DNA of 64,000 nt from Thermoanaerobaculia bacterium (GCA_038248205.1 JBBRUC010000004.1:18-64017), one strand, 5' to 3'. Positions 16,375 to 25,901 are shown, counted from the stretch's first letter. Numbers and translations are program-made. The notes: generated by a model from the sequence alone, not told the origin.

Positions 16375-17514
16375 TCAAGGTGTCGATGCGCTCGCGGCGG
16401 CCTTGGTTTCGTCCGCCGCGATGTCAGTGCTCGGGACTTCCTTCCAGGGAGCCTCGTCGAGGGCATCCCACGACAGCTTCCAGCGACCCGCACGAGCGTT
16501 CCACGCTGCCAGGTAGAGCCCGTCTCTGCCCGCAGCGATCGTGAATCGGCCAGGCTGGGAAAGCGTGAGGGGTACCCTCTCCAGACGCGTGAGCACCGGG
16601 TCGTACCGATCGATCGCAAGGCCGGAACCTGCGCCGCCAGCGGCTGCCAGGAAATACATTTTGTGATCGCGACCCTCGGTGAGATCCAAGATCGCCGCCT
16701 CCGCCCGAAACGCCTGGAAACCCGCCGGGCGCTTCGGATCGGGAGCTGCGGGCTTCGTCTCTCTGACTTTGCCGCCATCGACCGCGATACGCAACCTGGT
16801 TTGGCCGGAAGATCCGAGCTGTTCGACCACGTAGGCATACTGGCGCGCCACCCAAAGCCGGCCGCTGGAATCGGAGGTGACGAACGCCGCGTGTTGCGCT
16901 ACCGCGTCGTTGCGGCCGCGCGGGTTCGCCTCCGCTTCCTCGGCCGCAGAGAGATCCGAATATTCAGCCTCGACGTTCCAACGGTCGCCATCGAACTCCA
17001 TCAGACGGGGAACCTGCCCTTTGCGCTCTCGAAACACAAGATCGTCGGATACCGGAAGCGGCACGATCGAAACCACCGGCTGGTCACGATGGAAGCCGAT
17101 CCCGGAGGGCCGCCAATCGAGCGCCGGAATCGGCTTCTCTTTGCCGTTGACGAATCGCCTGACTCCGAGGTCAACGGACAGGAACCACACGTCTCCGCCG
17201 GGGCTCAACACCGCATCTCGGACGATTTGGGGCGCCGCCCCGACACGCTCCAGGCGCTGCGCCTCCTGCAGCTTCCCGGATCGGGCGAGTGGATAGACGT
17301 CCAGAGTCTCCGGACGGAAAAAGAAGACATTTCCTATCCGGTCGGCTCGAACGAATTGCGAACCGTCCCAGCTATCGGCCTCGCCGCTAGCAACCGGTTC
17401 CGCAACGAGCCGGCGCTCAGCCGGCGGTGCGACCGCACCCGCTGCGATACCGAAGGTACACAGCGCGACGAGCCAGCGAGCGAAGCGCCGCGCCAACATC
17501 AGTTGGGATTTCAT
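16375..17514 (-). CDS. hypothetical exported protein
   Basis: Starts at ATG 17514. Signal-like MKSQLMLARRFARWLVALCTFGIAAGA. Protein-like composition with repeated strand-like segments. No family recognised. Confidence 0.6.
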   Translation of the reverse strand: MKSQLMLARRFARWLVALCTFGIAAGAVAPPAERRLVAEPVASGEADSWDGSQFVRADRIGNVFFFRPETLDVYPLARSGKLQEAQRLERVGAAPQIVRDAVLSPGGDVWFLSVDLGVRRFVNGKEKPIPALDWRPSGIGFHRDQPVVSIVPLPVSDDLVFRERKGQVPRLMEFDGDRWNVEAEYSDLSAAEEAEANPRGRNDAVAQHAAFVTSDSSGRLWVARQYAYVVEQLGSSGQTRLRIAVDGGKVRETKPAAPDPKRPAGFQAFRAEAAILDLTEGRDHKMYFLAAAGGAGSGLAIDRYDPVLTRLERVPLTLSQPGRFTIAAGRDGLYLAAWNARAGRWKLSWDALDEAPWKEVPSTDIAADETKAAASASTP

Positions 17515-17729
17515 TGCCCCTCCCAAAGTAGTACAAGGCGTTAGCGCTCTCTTACTCTAAACTGAGGTGCTTGCCAGCCGATATCCGAGACAAGAAAATC
17601 CGCCATCCGAAGCCGGCAACCTACCGGACGCCCAGATCGAACGCGTACCTTCGCTTTCAAGCTCAGCCGACGGGAGGCATCGAGCAGTCCCGCCGAATCG
17701 AGAAACGTTTCTTCGCTCCGCCAGATCGA

Positions 17730-20700
17730 TTACTCGGAGGGTGCGCCCTCTTCCCCCCAATCCATCTCATCTTCCATCTCTTCGAGGTACGGCGGTGGAT
17801 CAACCTCAGCCTCGTCCGCCAACTCGTCGAGCGTTACGACCGAGCCGTCGTCGAGCAGCACGTCGCCACGGACGATGAACTGCAGGCCCCAGCAGAGGGG
17901 CTCAGGGTAGCCCTCGCCGCCGGTGCGGGCGGCGGTTTCCAGGAGAGCTTTGTCGTCCGCATCGCTTCGTCGCGCGATGTGGCGCGCAAGCGCGGGCCAG
18001 AGGGGATCGAGATGGGGGTCGGGTTCCAGCAGGTCGGGGGTAGGGGCGCGTTGCGGGTCGATCGAGCACCGACTCGCTTCGGCAAGCAGGTGGTCGAGAG
18101 ATGTCTTCGGCTTCTCCCTCTGCGCCAGAAGACCACGCGCGCCCGCACGGCCCAGGGAATAGAGTTCGGTCAGCACGAAATTTTCCACCCACGCGGAGCG
18201 TGGGTCGAAATCAAATTTCTCGGCCCAGTCGCGAGCCCAGTCGCGAGCCCAGTCGCGAGCCAAGTCGCGAGCCAAGTCGCGAGCCAAGTCGCGAGCCCAG
18301 TCGCGAGCCAAGTCGCGAGCCCAGTCGCGAGCCCAGTCGCGAGCCAAGTCGCGAGCCCAGTCGCGAGCCAAGTCGCGAGCCCAGTCGCGAGCCCAGTCGC
18401 GAGCCCAGTCGCGAGCCCAGTAGCGAGCCCAGTCGCGAGCCTGCGGGTCTTCCTGAGAGAGAGCCAGGGCTCTCCGCGCGAGAGCGAGTAGCGATTCGCG
18501 CGGGGCACCCGCGGCTACTGCCGATTGCAGTTGCAGACCCGCCCGGCGGCGATGGCCGGGCCAAAGGTGAAGAGCGCCGAAATCGTGCTCGGCGGGCCAG
18601 AGTGGATACGAGCCCACAAGGAGCCGACCCGCTGCGATGTCAGAGCGAGACACCCGATTTTCGCCCTGGATCGCCGCGAGGAGCGCATTCGCGCCGGGCC
18701 GAACGGGCGGGTGCGCCAACTCGGCCCACCCCTCACCGAATATCTCGCATCGCTGCCACCCGAGCCAGCACTGCCGCGCGGCGGCCGCGTCGAGCGCGTC
18801 CGCTAGAACCGCCTTTCGCTCCTCAAGTCGTGTCGCTTGCCAAGCACGCGAACAGAGGTCGGCACCGTCCGGCCAGGTCGAATCGAAAAGAGGTAGATAC
18901 AAGCTCATCCACGATTCAAACAGCGGCTCATCCCCAAGCCGGTCGGCGAAAACCGTCCCAACGAAGGAGAGAGCTTTATCCTCGGAAGGATTGTGAATCA
19001 GCTCCGTCAGCACGGCGTCGAGCGTTGGCGGATGGGGCCCGTGAATCTGCGCCGCGAGGAGGCGCAGGGTTTCCCACCAGTTGAATTCGCCGAGCCGCTC
19101 GCGAAAAGCATCGATCCGCAAGGTCTCGTTGTTCGCCGTAGCGGCGAGGTGGTAAGCCGTCAGATACTCCTGAAAGCTCAAGTGGGCAAAGCTGAGGGTG
19201 CCGTTGGCATAGTCGACCAACAGGCCGGCGACCTCGACGAGCCAGACTAGAAAGCCTTCCGGATCAATGCACTCGGCAGGAAGAAACTGGCGTATCTCTT
19301 CCCGCTTTCGCACGATCGGTGCTCGGGCTATCTTTTTATAGCCCTCGGTCTGTACCCGGAACGCCAGCTCCGCCACCCAGCGCTTCCGCGGCTCGATCTC
19401 GGCTGGACACCAGGCAAGCGGCCCGACCTGGGCGCCCTCTTTAGCTTTGGCTGCCGGTCGGGTATGCAGAAACGCCTTAATGCACTGCTCGTACAGCTGG
19501 TGCCGCCGATCCGGTAGAGGCTCCGATTCGCCGACCACCAGCATCATGGTCAGGAGAATCGGCGTCCGGGCGAGGTCGCGCGCCTCGGGGCTGGCCTGTA
19601 ACGCCACGCGAAAATGTTCCGCGTCCCGCGTCGCACTCTCGCTGCTGGAAAAGCGATGGAAGTAGCGCCCCGTCATCTCCTCGATATCGGCATCCGAAAG
19701 GGGCTGCACCTCCAGAACCTCGAACGCGTCGTAGTGCCCCGGTCGTCCTTCGCCATACGGCCGGCTGGTGACCACGGCGAGGACCCGAGGATGAGTCTTG
19801 AGAAAGCCGGCGAGCTTGGCGCGAAAGCTTTCTCCCAGAGGACCAAGTTCATCCCAGCCATCGACGAGCAGAATCGGTCGGGGGCCGTTCTGCTCGCGTA
19901 GCAAGGGCAAGATCCGCTCCTTCCAACCCGTGCCCATCTGCTCGCCGATCCAGTGGCCGATCGCCGCCTCGATCGATCGCTCCGCGCCTTTTACTTCCGG
20001 GCCTTGCCAGCGGCGCGCGACATCACGCAAGACGATCATCAACGGCAAGGCGCTCGGTTCATCCAAGAGTTGCCGAAACGTGTAGCGCGACCACGTGGTC
20101 TTACCCGCCCCGGCAACGCCGACGAGCGCGAGGTGCTTGTTGCGGCCGAGGAGATTCTTCGAAAGAAGGGGTTTCCCTTTCGCGGTCTCGTTAGGATCGA
20201 AACTCTCATCGAACCGCAGTACCTGATACATCTCGTCGAGTTGAGCGTCTTTCGCTCCGCGGATTCCTCCTGGCCTTATGGTGCCGAGAGAACCCAAGTC
20301 CCAGCGGTCGAAGTGACCCTTGAACGAGCGGCGAAACTCTTCGACGAAATCCGGGTCTGTGCCGGCGGATTTCGGAGTTGCAGTGGAGGCGGGGACGGGT
20401 GTTTTGGCGTAGCCTTCGGGTAGATCGAGCCGCTGATCGATCGTCTCCTTCAGGTTGAGCGCGAAGTTTCCGGCCTCAACAGATCCGGTGACTCGGTACC
20501 GAGCGGAGTACTCCAATCGAAACGCGCGGATTCTCGCGCTCTCAGGCTCCAGCAGAATTAGCTGCGCCGAAGCGGGCTCGTCCTTGGGCAGCACGTCGGC
20601 GTTCAAGGCAAGGCTACCGGCCGAGATCACGTGCGTATGGCCAAGGCGATCCCACGGCCACGAATGATCGTCCGTCGCGTGCTGGTGCCCGTGGAGAAGA

Positions 20701-21509
20701 AGCTGCACATGAGCATCCTTCGTCACCTTCACCAGATGCTCTCGGACCTCGATTCCCAGCGCGTCGCTCTCGTAGCGCGCGAGAAGCGCGTCATCGAACG
20801 ACTGCTTTTCCTTGAGGTAGGTCCGCCATTCATCGAGGACCGGGCGCTTAGCGCGGTCGGGATTGTGGTGAACCGCAACGATCTTCAGCTGGCTCGCCGC
20901 CTCGACTTTAAGAAGCGCGTCCATCGCAGCCTGCGCTTGCTTCGGGCCGATGACGCCTCGATGAATCTTGTGCGACTCCTCCTCGCAAGAATTGAGCGCC
21001 GCGACGACGAGTCGATGGTGCGGAAAGCGATAGATCCGCGCACCGAGGGTGAGGGGGTCCGAGATCTCCGCGAGGTCGTCGACGCCGTAGAACTCGCGCA
21101 GGAAGCTTTCATAGATGTCGAGCTTCACCGCGTCCAGCCGATCTCGGAGGCTCTCCTCGGTGAGCAGCTCCTGCTCCTCCAGGTCCGCCTCCGCCTTTTT
21201 GCACGATGCCCAATTCACGTCGTGATTGCCTGGGACGAAAACGAAACGTTGCCGCTCGATCCCGATCGCGCCCGCAAGGCCTTCGAGGAACACACGCCCC
21301 TGCGCGAACTCCGACTTCTTGCCCGCCTCCGCGACGTCCCCGGTGACGAACACCAGATCGATCTTCTTGTCAGCGAGCCCGACCTCCGTTTGCGCCACGG
21401 CCACCGCTGCGTAGAAGCTCTCCCCGAGCGCCTTGGGGTCTTTACCCTGAAAGCGGCTGTGGGGACCGAAATGAAGATCGGATAGATGGAGCAAAAGGAT
21501 CGACGGCAT
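17730..21509 (-). CDS. metallophosphoesterase-NACHT (STAND NTPase) fusion protein with a C-terminal ARD[W/L] tetrapeptide array; candidate NLR-like immune sensor
   Basis: Calcineurin-like motifs appear in order: [41 protein letters not shown] motifs: Walker [14 protein letters not shown] (about 20091-20120), Walker [13 protein letters not shown], then [11 protein letters not shown]. This is followed by a long helical region, 18 ARD[W/L] repeats and an acidic tail. ATG 21509 is preferred over the track's TTG 21530. Confidence 0.9.
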   Translation of the reverse strand: MPSILLLHLSDLHFGPHSRFQGKDPKALGESFYAAVAVAQTEVGLADKKIDLVFVTGDVAEAGKKSEFAQGRVFLEGLAGAIGIERQRFVFVPGNHDVNWASCKKAEADLEEQELLTEESLRDRLDAVKLDIYESFLREFYGVDDLAEISDPLTLGARIYRFPHHRLVVAALNSCEEESHKIHRGVIGPKQAQAAMDALLKVEAASQLKIVAVHHNPDRAKRPVLDEWRTYLKEKQSFDDALLARYESDALGIEVREHLVKVTKDAHVQLLLHGHQHATDDHSWPWDRLGHTHVISAGSLALNADVLPKDEPASAQLILLEPESARIRAFRLEYSARYRVTGSVEAGNFALNLKETIDQRLDLPEGYAKTPVPASTATPKSAGTDPDFVEEFRRSFKGHFDRWDLGSLGTIRPGGIRGAKDAQLDEMYQVLRFDESFDPNETAKGKPLLSKNLLGRNKHLALVGVAGAGKTTWSRYTFRQLLDEPSALPLMIVLRDVARRWQGPEVKGAERSIEAAIGHWIGEQMGTGWKERILPLLREQNGPRPILLVDGWDELGPLGESFRAKLAGFLKTHPRVLAVVTSRPYGEGRPGHYDAFEVLEVQPLSDADIEEMTGRYFHRFSSSESATRDAEHFRVALQASPEARDLARTPILLTMMLVVGESEPLPDRRHQLYEQCIKAFLHTRPAAKAKEGAQVGPLAWCPAEIEPRKRWVAELAFRVQTEGYKKIARAPIVRKREEIRQFLPAECIDPEGFLVWLVEVAGLLVDYANGTLSFAHLSFQEYLTAYHLAATANNETLRIDAFRERLGEFNWWETLRLLAAQIHGPHPPTLDAVLTELIHNPSEDKALSFVGTVFADRLGDEPLFESWMSLYLPLFDSTWPDGADLCSRAWQATRLEERKAVLADALDAAAARQCWLGWQRCEIFGEGWAELAHPPVRPGANALLAAIQGENRVSRSDIAAGRLLVGSYPLWPAEHDFGALHLWPGHRRRAGLQLQSAVAAGAPRESLLALARRALALSQEDPQARDWARYWARDWARDWARDWARDLARDWARDLARDWARDWARDLARDWARDLARDLARDLARDWARDWARDWAEKFDFDPRSAWVENFVLTELYSLGRAGARGLLAQREKPKTSLDHLLAEASRCSIDPQRAPTPDLLEPDPHLDPLWPALARHIARRSDADDKALLETAARTGGEGYPEPLCWGLQFIVRGDVLLDDGSVVTLDELADEAEVDPPPYLEEMEDEMDWGEEGAPSE
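18225..18440 (-). repeat. 18 x 12-bp perfect-period in-frame tandem repeat inside the NACHT gene
   Basis: The plus-strand unit is CCAGTCGCGAGC or CAAGTCGCGAGC (ARDW or ARDL). Unit order in the protein is W,W,W,W,W,L,W,L,W,W,L,W,L,L,L,W,W,W. The only other substitution is D to Y in unit 2. Confidence 0.95.
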
Positions 21510-21701
21510 GTCCCGGCCTTTCGGAATCAAGGATCAAGAAAGTATGCGGCGATTCTATGCGAGACGGCGGGGGCCTGCGCCGTGAGCCGGCCGCAGAGGG
21601 CGAGGAGCGTCTTCATCTCGTTGAAAATGTCGGCGATCCCGGGGTACTTCGCGACATCCGGCTCCAGGTTGTCGACCTTGTCGGTACGACCGAAACGGCG
21701 C

Positions 21702-21892
21702 CGTAGAGCCGCTATCGGCGGCGGATAGCGAATTCGCGGCGGTGTAAAGCGGCTTCCTGGATCGGATAGCCGCTCTACGCTCCAGGAAGCCGCTTTCTCC
21801 CCCTGGGAAGCGGCTATCCGCCGCCGATAGCCGCTTCCTGGCTCGGAAAGCGAATTCTCAGTCGCGTAGAGCGACTATCGCTCGTGGATAGC
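21702..21892. promoter_or_regulatory. cluster of GCTATC-N7-GATAGC inverted repeats and related palindromes, upstream of the NACHT gene and of the divergent GT-C gene
   Basis: Sites at 21711-21729, 21813-21831 (within a perfect 13-bp-arm palindrome, 21806-21838) and 21874-21892 (ACTATC variant). There is also a hairpin with arms 21746-21761 and 21781-21796, and CGTAGAGC[CG][GA]CTATC copies in both orientations. Confidence 0.6.
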
Positions 21893-22139
21893 CGCTATAC
21901 GCCGGAGAGTTCACACGGCGGGTGGCGCATTTCTCTTGCCGCGCCGGCAATTGCGGAGCCGGCTCGGCAAGCCGCTTGCCCCGTTCACGCCGCCATCGCG
22001 GCCGGCGTTTGCCGCCCGTCGGACTCGCAAAGCGCGCGCGGCCGAACAGTCGGCGTGGGTAAACGCCGCCAACTCCTCCGAGGCGGACGATTACCGGTGC
22101 CCGCCGCCCCCGGCGAGAAGCCGCGTACAATCCACCGCC

Positions 22140-24236
22140 ATGTTCCTCGTCGACCTCCTCGGCGCGCTGCTGACGCTTGCGGCGTTCTCGTTCCTTGGCC
22201 TTTCCGGCTACTTGGCGGCGACCTCCCTGCTGGGCGAACGGGCGCGGCGAGATGCGCTCGCCCTCTCGGTCGCCTGGGGGCTTTCGGCGCTCTCGATCGC
22301 TCTTCTGATCGGCCTCCTTCTCGGATCGATTGGCCAACTCCGGATCGACCTCGCGCTCTCAGGGTTGGCGCTGCTCGCGATCCTGCAACTCCAGCGGGCC
22401 AAGCGGGCGGACGATCCGTGGGGACCTGCCCGCCGGCTGGGGTGCCGCGCTTGGGCTCATCTGGCCGAGCGGCCGGCGCTGGCGATCCTCACCGTCCATG
22501 CGGCAGGGAGCGAGCTGCTGCGCGGGCTGCTGCGGCCGCCCTTGAGTTGGGACAGCTTGATGTACCACCTGCTGCTCTCCGCCACCTGGTTGCAGGAGAA
22601 GAACCTGGCGCCGGTGTTCGGGCCGGCGCCCACCAACTTCTATGGCTTCCAGCCGGGCAACGGCTCGCTCTGGTTCTGGTGGTGGATGGCCCCGTCGCAC
22701 AGCGAATTCTGGGTCAACCTGGGTTCCGCTCTTCCCTGGCTACTGCTCGGCCTCGCGGCCGGTGCCGTGGCGCGGCAACTCGGGGCGGCCAAGAGCTGGC
22801 CGGTGGCAACGTACCTCACCCTGCTCACCCCGTGCATTCTGCGCTTCGTCGGCGCGCAGTACGTCGATCTGCTGGTGGGGGCGGGCATCGCCGCGGCGGC
22901 GTACTTCGCGCTCCTCTGGCTCGACGAGCCGCGCTGGGGAACGGCGCTCCTGGTAGGGGCCGGGCTCGGGATCGCCTCCGGGGCCAAAGTGCTGGCGCTG
23001 CCGTACGTCCTGGCCTTTGCCGGCGCGCTGCTGCTCGCGGCGGCGTGGCGCGGCGGATGGCGGGTGCGGGCAGGGCAGACCATCGCCGCGATCCTCCTCG
23101 CGTCGTTGCTCGGCGGCTACTGGTACGCACGGAACCTGGCCTACGGCGCCGGGCCGCTCGGTCTGCGCTGCGAGGGGACGGCGGCGGGGGCGGAGGCCGA
23201 TCGCGGCGAGAGGCCGACGATTCCGCGGCCCAATAGTGTGCTCGACCAGTTCGGCGCTTACCTCGGCTCGGGCCAGTTGATCGACGCGGGCCTCGGCGTC
23301 GTACGTCCGCAGTCGCTCGAATTGGGCCTGGGACCGCAGCTATTTCTGCTCCTTCCGCTGCTCCTTCTTCCTCTAGGCTTTCCGCGCGGGCGCCGCCCTG
23401 CCGTGCTCTTGATCTGGAGCCAGATCGCGGCGCAGGCTTTCGTTTGGGCGACCGTGCCCTACGCCGATCACGGCACGATCTACGCCAATATTCGATATCT
23501 GGACGGCGCGGTGGCGCTCGCTTGGGCCGGCGGGGTGGCGCTGCTCACGCTGCGCTCGGTCGCTTCGCGTTGGATCGAGGGGCTGGCGCTCGTGCTCGCG
23601 GTCCAGGGGCTGCTCCAACTGCATGCCGAAATGCCGCGCGGTGTCCGGCTCGCGATGGCGGTGGCGGATGTCGCGTTGGTCGCCTTGGCGCTGTCTCCGG
23701 CTTTGCGCCTGCGGCTTCGCCTACGCGCCCGGGGTTTGGCGGTCGGCGGGGTTGTTTTGATTCTTGCGCTCGCGCCGATCCTCACCGCCTTCCGGGCCGC
23801 CGACCGCGGCCGGGCGATGGCCTACGAGTTGACCGTCCACAAAACGCCGATCGAGCTGTTCGCCCGTGCTTGGAGCTGGCTCGATCGCTTCGGCGAGGAC
23901 GGCACGGTCGCCTTGGCGAGCAGCCCGCTGCACTATTTCGTCTATCCGGCGATGGGACCGCGGCTCGAACGCAAAGCGATCTTCGCCAACGTCAACGCTG
24001 CAGACCACGCCAACGTCGCGGAGTATCCCGCCTGCGATCCGCGCGTCGACCTCGATCCCCAAGCCTGGCTCGCGAACCTTGCCAAGCACGACGTCCGCTG
24101 GCTTCACCTGATGCGCTACCCGGGCACCGAATATCTACCCGAGCGCACCTGGGCCGACGCCCTGCCGGATCGCTTCACGCTCCGCTACGAGGACGACGGC
24201 AGTCGAATCTACGAGGTGACCGCGCGAGGGAGGTAG
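22140..24236 (+). CDS. polytopic membrane protein, GT-C glycosyltransferase-like (ArnT/PMT-like)
   Basis: Starts at ATG 22140 within the track ORF. More than 10 hydrophobic helices, then a soluble C-terminal domain. Loop LLRPPLSWDSLMYHLL. The family call is tentative. Confidence 0.65.
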   Translation: MFLVDLLGALLTLAAFSFLGLSGYLAATSLLGERARRDALALSVAWGLSALSIALLIGLLLGSIGQLRIDLALSGLALLAILQLQRAKRADDPWGPARRLGCRAWAHLAERPALAILTVHAAGSELLRGLLRPPLSWDSLMYHLLLSATWLQEKNLAPVFGPAPTNFYGFQPGNGSLWFWWWMAPSHSEFWVNLGSALPWLLLGLAAGAVARQLGAAKSWPVATYLTLLTPCILRFVGAQYVDLLVGAGIAAAAYFALLWLDEPRWGTALLVGAGLGIASGAKVLALPYVLAFAGALLLAAAWRGGWRVRAGQTIAAILLASLLGGYWYARNLAYGAGPLGLRCEGTAAGAEADRGERPTIPRPNSVLDQFGAYLGSGQLIDAGLGVVRPQSLELGLGPQLFLLLPLLLLPLGFPRGRRPAVLLIWSQIAAQAFVWATVPYADHGTIYANIRYLDGAVALAWAGGVALLTLRSVASRWIEGLALVLAVQGLLQLHAEMPRGVRLAMAVADVALVALALSPALRLRLRLRARGLAVGGVVLILALAPILTAFRAADRGRAMAYELTVHKTPIELFARAWSWLDRFGEDGTVALASSPLHYFVYPAMGPRLERKAIFANVNAADHANVAEYPACDPRVDLDPQAWLANLAKHDVRWLHLMRYPGTEYLPERTWADALPDRFTLRYEDDGSRIYEVTARGR

Positions 24237-24243
24237 GGGCGTC

Positions 24244-24870
24244 CTACTGCGGCCAGGCGAGTCCGAGCATCTGATCGAAAGGCATGCCGGTCTTTTTCGA
24301 GCGCGCGGCGACCAGGCGCCAGGCGTCGGGAATCGGCGGCCCTTGGCGCATCATCTCTTGGGATTCTTTGTCCCCTCCCCAAATCGAGAACGCGAGACCC
24401 ATGGCGACCGGCCCGCCGGTGGGAACCGGAGCAGGAATGGTCGCGAGCTTCTTTTCCAGCTCCAGGCGCAGGTTCGTGGGCAGGCGCCGGGTCGTCGGGA
24501 ACGCGAACCAAATCTTCGGCGAGCTGCCCGGCCGGACCGTCGAGATCAGCACCCCCGAGGTTCCGAGGCCGCGCGGCGCGGTGGCGAGGATCTTCTTCGC
24601 CTCGGCTTCGACCTGCCGCAGATAGAACGTGGCGATCAACCCGTCGCCGCCGAACCGCTCTTTTAGAACCGGATCGGGTTGGTACAGAACCGCCTGGTGG
24701 ACCACGAACGCCTCGGGCGTCTTGGCCGGCGTTTTGGTCGCCGGAGGAGCCACCGAAGTCTGCGCCGAAACGGCGGCCAGAGCGCTCGAAAGGGCGATCA
24801 CCGAGCCCAACGCCAGGGCCGCGGCGAGAACGAGTGGGGAACGCTGGGGGAGGGTATTCATGGATTTCAA
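24244..24870 (-). CDS. hypothetical exported protein
   Basis: 208 aa, with signal peptide ...LVLAAALALGSVIALSSALAAVSAQ. Confidence 0.6.
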   Translation of the reverse strand: MKSMNTLPQRSPLVLAAALALGSVIALSSALAAVSAQTSVAPPATKTPAKTPEAFVVHQAVLYQPDPVLKERFGGDGLIATFYLRQVEAEAKKILATAPRGLGTSGVLISTVRPGSSPKIWFAFPTTRRLPTNLRLELEKKLATIPAPVPTGGPVAMGLAFSIWGGDKESQEMMRQGPPIPDAWRLVAARSKKTGMPFDQMLGLAWPQ

Positions 24871-24929
24871 ACCTCGTGGTCTTCTTCGGATGGCTCCCTC
24901 ACCGGGGAGGGGGTGTCATTTTTGCGCCT

Positions 24930-25901
24930 TTACGCCTTGGCCCTGCGCGCTTTGGCCAGCCAGCGCACGACGAACGGCAGGGCAAGCAATCCTAGGACCA
25001 CCGCAAACCAGAGTGTCGCGGCGCGGATGATCAGCGTGGCCGAAGCCGCCGCCGCGGTGTCGAGCCCTTGGCTGGCGAGCAGGCCGGTGAGCACTCCCTC
25101 CGCCGCCAGCAGGCCGCCCGGCAGCATCGACAGCGAGCCGGCGCAGGTGGACAAGCTGTAATTGAAGATCCCGGAGAGAAATCCCGCCTGCGGCGCGTAT
25201 TGCCGCACCGCGAGGGCGAAGCCGATCCCCTCGGCGCCCCAGGCGACGACGCCGATCGCCAGACCGAGCGCCAGCAGACCGGGGGAGAGCAGGCCGCGCA
25301 GATCGTCGTAGATGCCGCGAATCAGGCCGACGCGGCGGCCGATCGCCGGGATCTTCGCGAACAGGCCGAACAGCATCTCGGCCCCGCGCTCCCAGGTGAG
25401 GACGGCCACCGCCGCGGCGACCGCGACAAAACAGGCGGCGGCGATCCAGATTCCACCCCGAAACGGCAGCGCCCCGAGCCCCAGAAGGACGAACACGCCG
25501 AGCAGGTCGGCCGCGCGCTCGGCGAGGACCGCGGGCACCACCCGGCGAGCCAGTCCTCCCCCCAGCTCGCGCACCAGCCAGGCCTTGCCCAGCTCGCCCG
25601 CCTTGCCCGGGGTTACGGAGAGCAAGAAGCCGACGAGGAACACCGCGAGGCTCTTGCCCCACGAGAGCGTCACGTCGAGGCGATCGAGATAGATCTGCCA
25701 GCGGACGAAGCGGAGCACGTAGTTGACCAGCGATAGCCCCAAGATCGGCAGCAGCAGGGCGAGATCGAACTCGCGGAGCCGTTCGGCGACCTTGCCTGCA
25801 TCGGCGTACAAGGCCAGGCCGACGCAGGCGAGAACGCCCAAGAACGCCGGGATCAGCAGGCGGCGGCCCAGATGCTCGAAGCCGCGCCCGGCCTCGTCCA
25901 T
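24930..25901 (-). CDS. UPF0104 / lysylphosphatidylglycerol-synthase-TM-region-like (flippase-like) membrane protein
   Basis: Polytopic. LLLPILGLSLVNYVLRFVRWQIYL is typical of the TIGR00374/UPF0104 family. The start is set at ATG 25901 to avoid overlapping the upstream gene. Confidence 0.7.
   Translation of the reverse strand: MDEAGRGFEHLGRRLLIPAFLGVLACVGLALYADAGKVAERLREFDLALLLPILGLSLVNYVLRFVRWQIYLDRLDVTLSWGKSLAVFLVGFLLSVTPGKAGELGKAWLVRELGGGLARRVVPAVLAERAADLLGVFVLLGLGALPFRGGIWIAAACFVAVAAAVAVLTWERGAEMLFGLFAKIPAIGRRVGLIRGIYDDLRGLLSPGLLALGLAIGVVAWGAEGIGFALAVRQYAPQAGFLSGIFNYSLSTCAGSLSMLPGGLLAAEGVLTGLLASQGLDTAAAASATLIIRAATLWFAVVLGLLALPFVVRWLAKARRAKA

Noticed and set aside
18225-18440. Could the regular repeat be a CRISPR array or a minisatellite outside genes?
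   Set aside because: The units are contiguous 12-mers with no spacers, and they lie in frame inside a long ORF. They are therefore a coding tandem repeat.
17571-19084. ORFs translating the 12-bp array in other frames or on the other strand: VASP/VASQ repeats (17571-18491 +), SREP repeats (18101-19084 +), LATG repeats (18170-18508 -) and GSRL repeats (18211-18564 -).
   Set aside because: They are shadows of the ARD[W/L] frame. Only that frame is continuous with the 1,259-codon metallophosphoesterase-NACHT ORF on both sides of the array.
21858-23236. ORFs 21858-22337 (-, 159 aa) and 21884-23236 (+, 450 aa), and the extended start (21936) of the GT-C gene.
   Set aside because: Their sequences are Arg/Pro/Ala-rich and run through the palindromic repeat cluster. 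The hydrophobic membrane protein begins convincingly only at ATG 22140.
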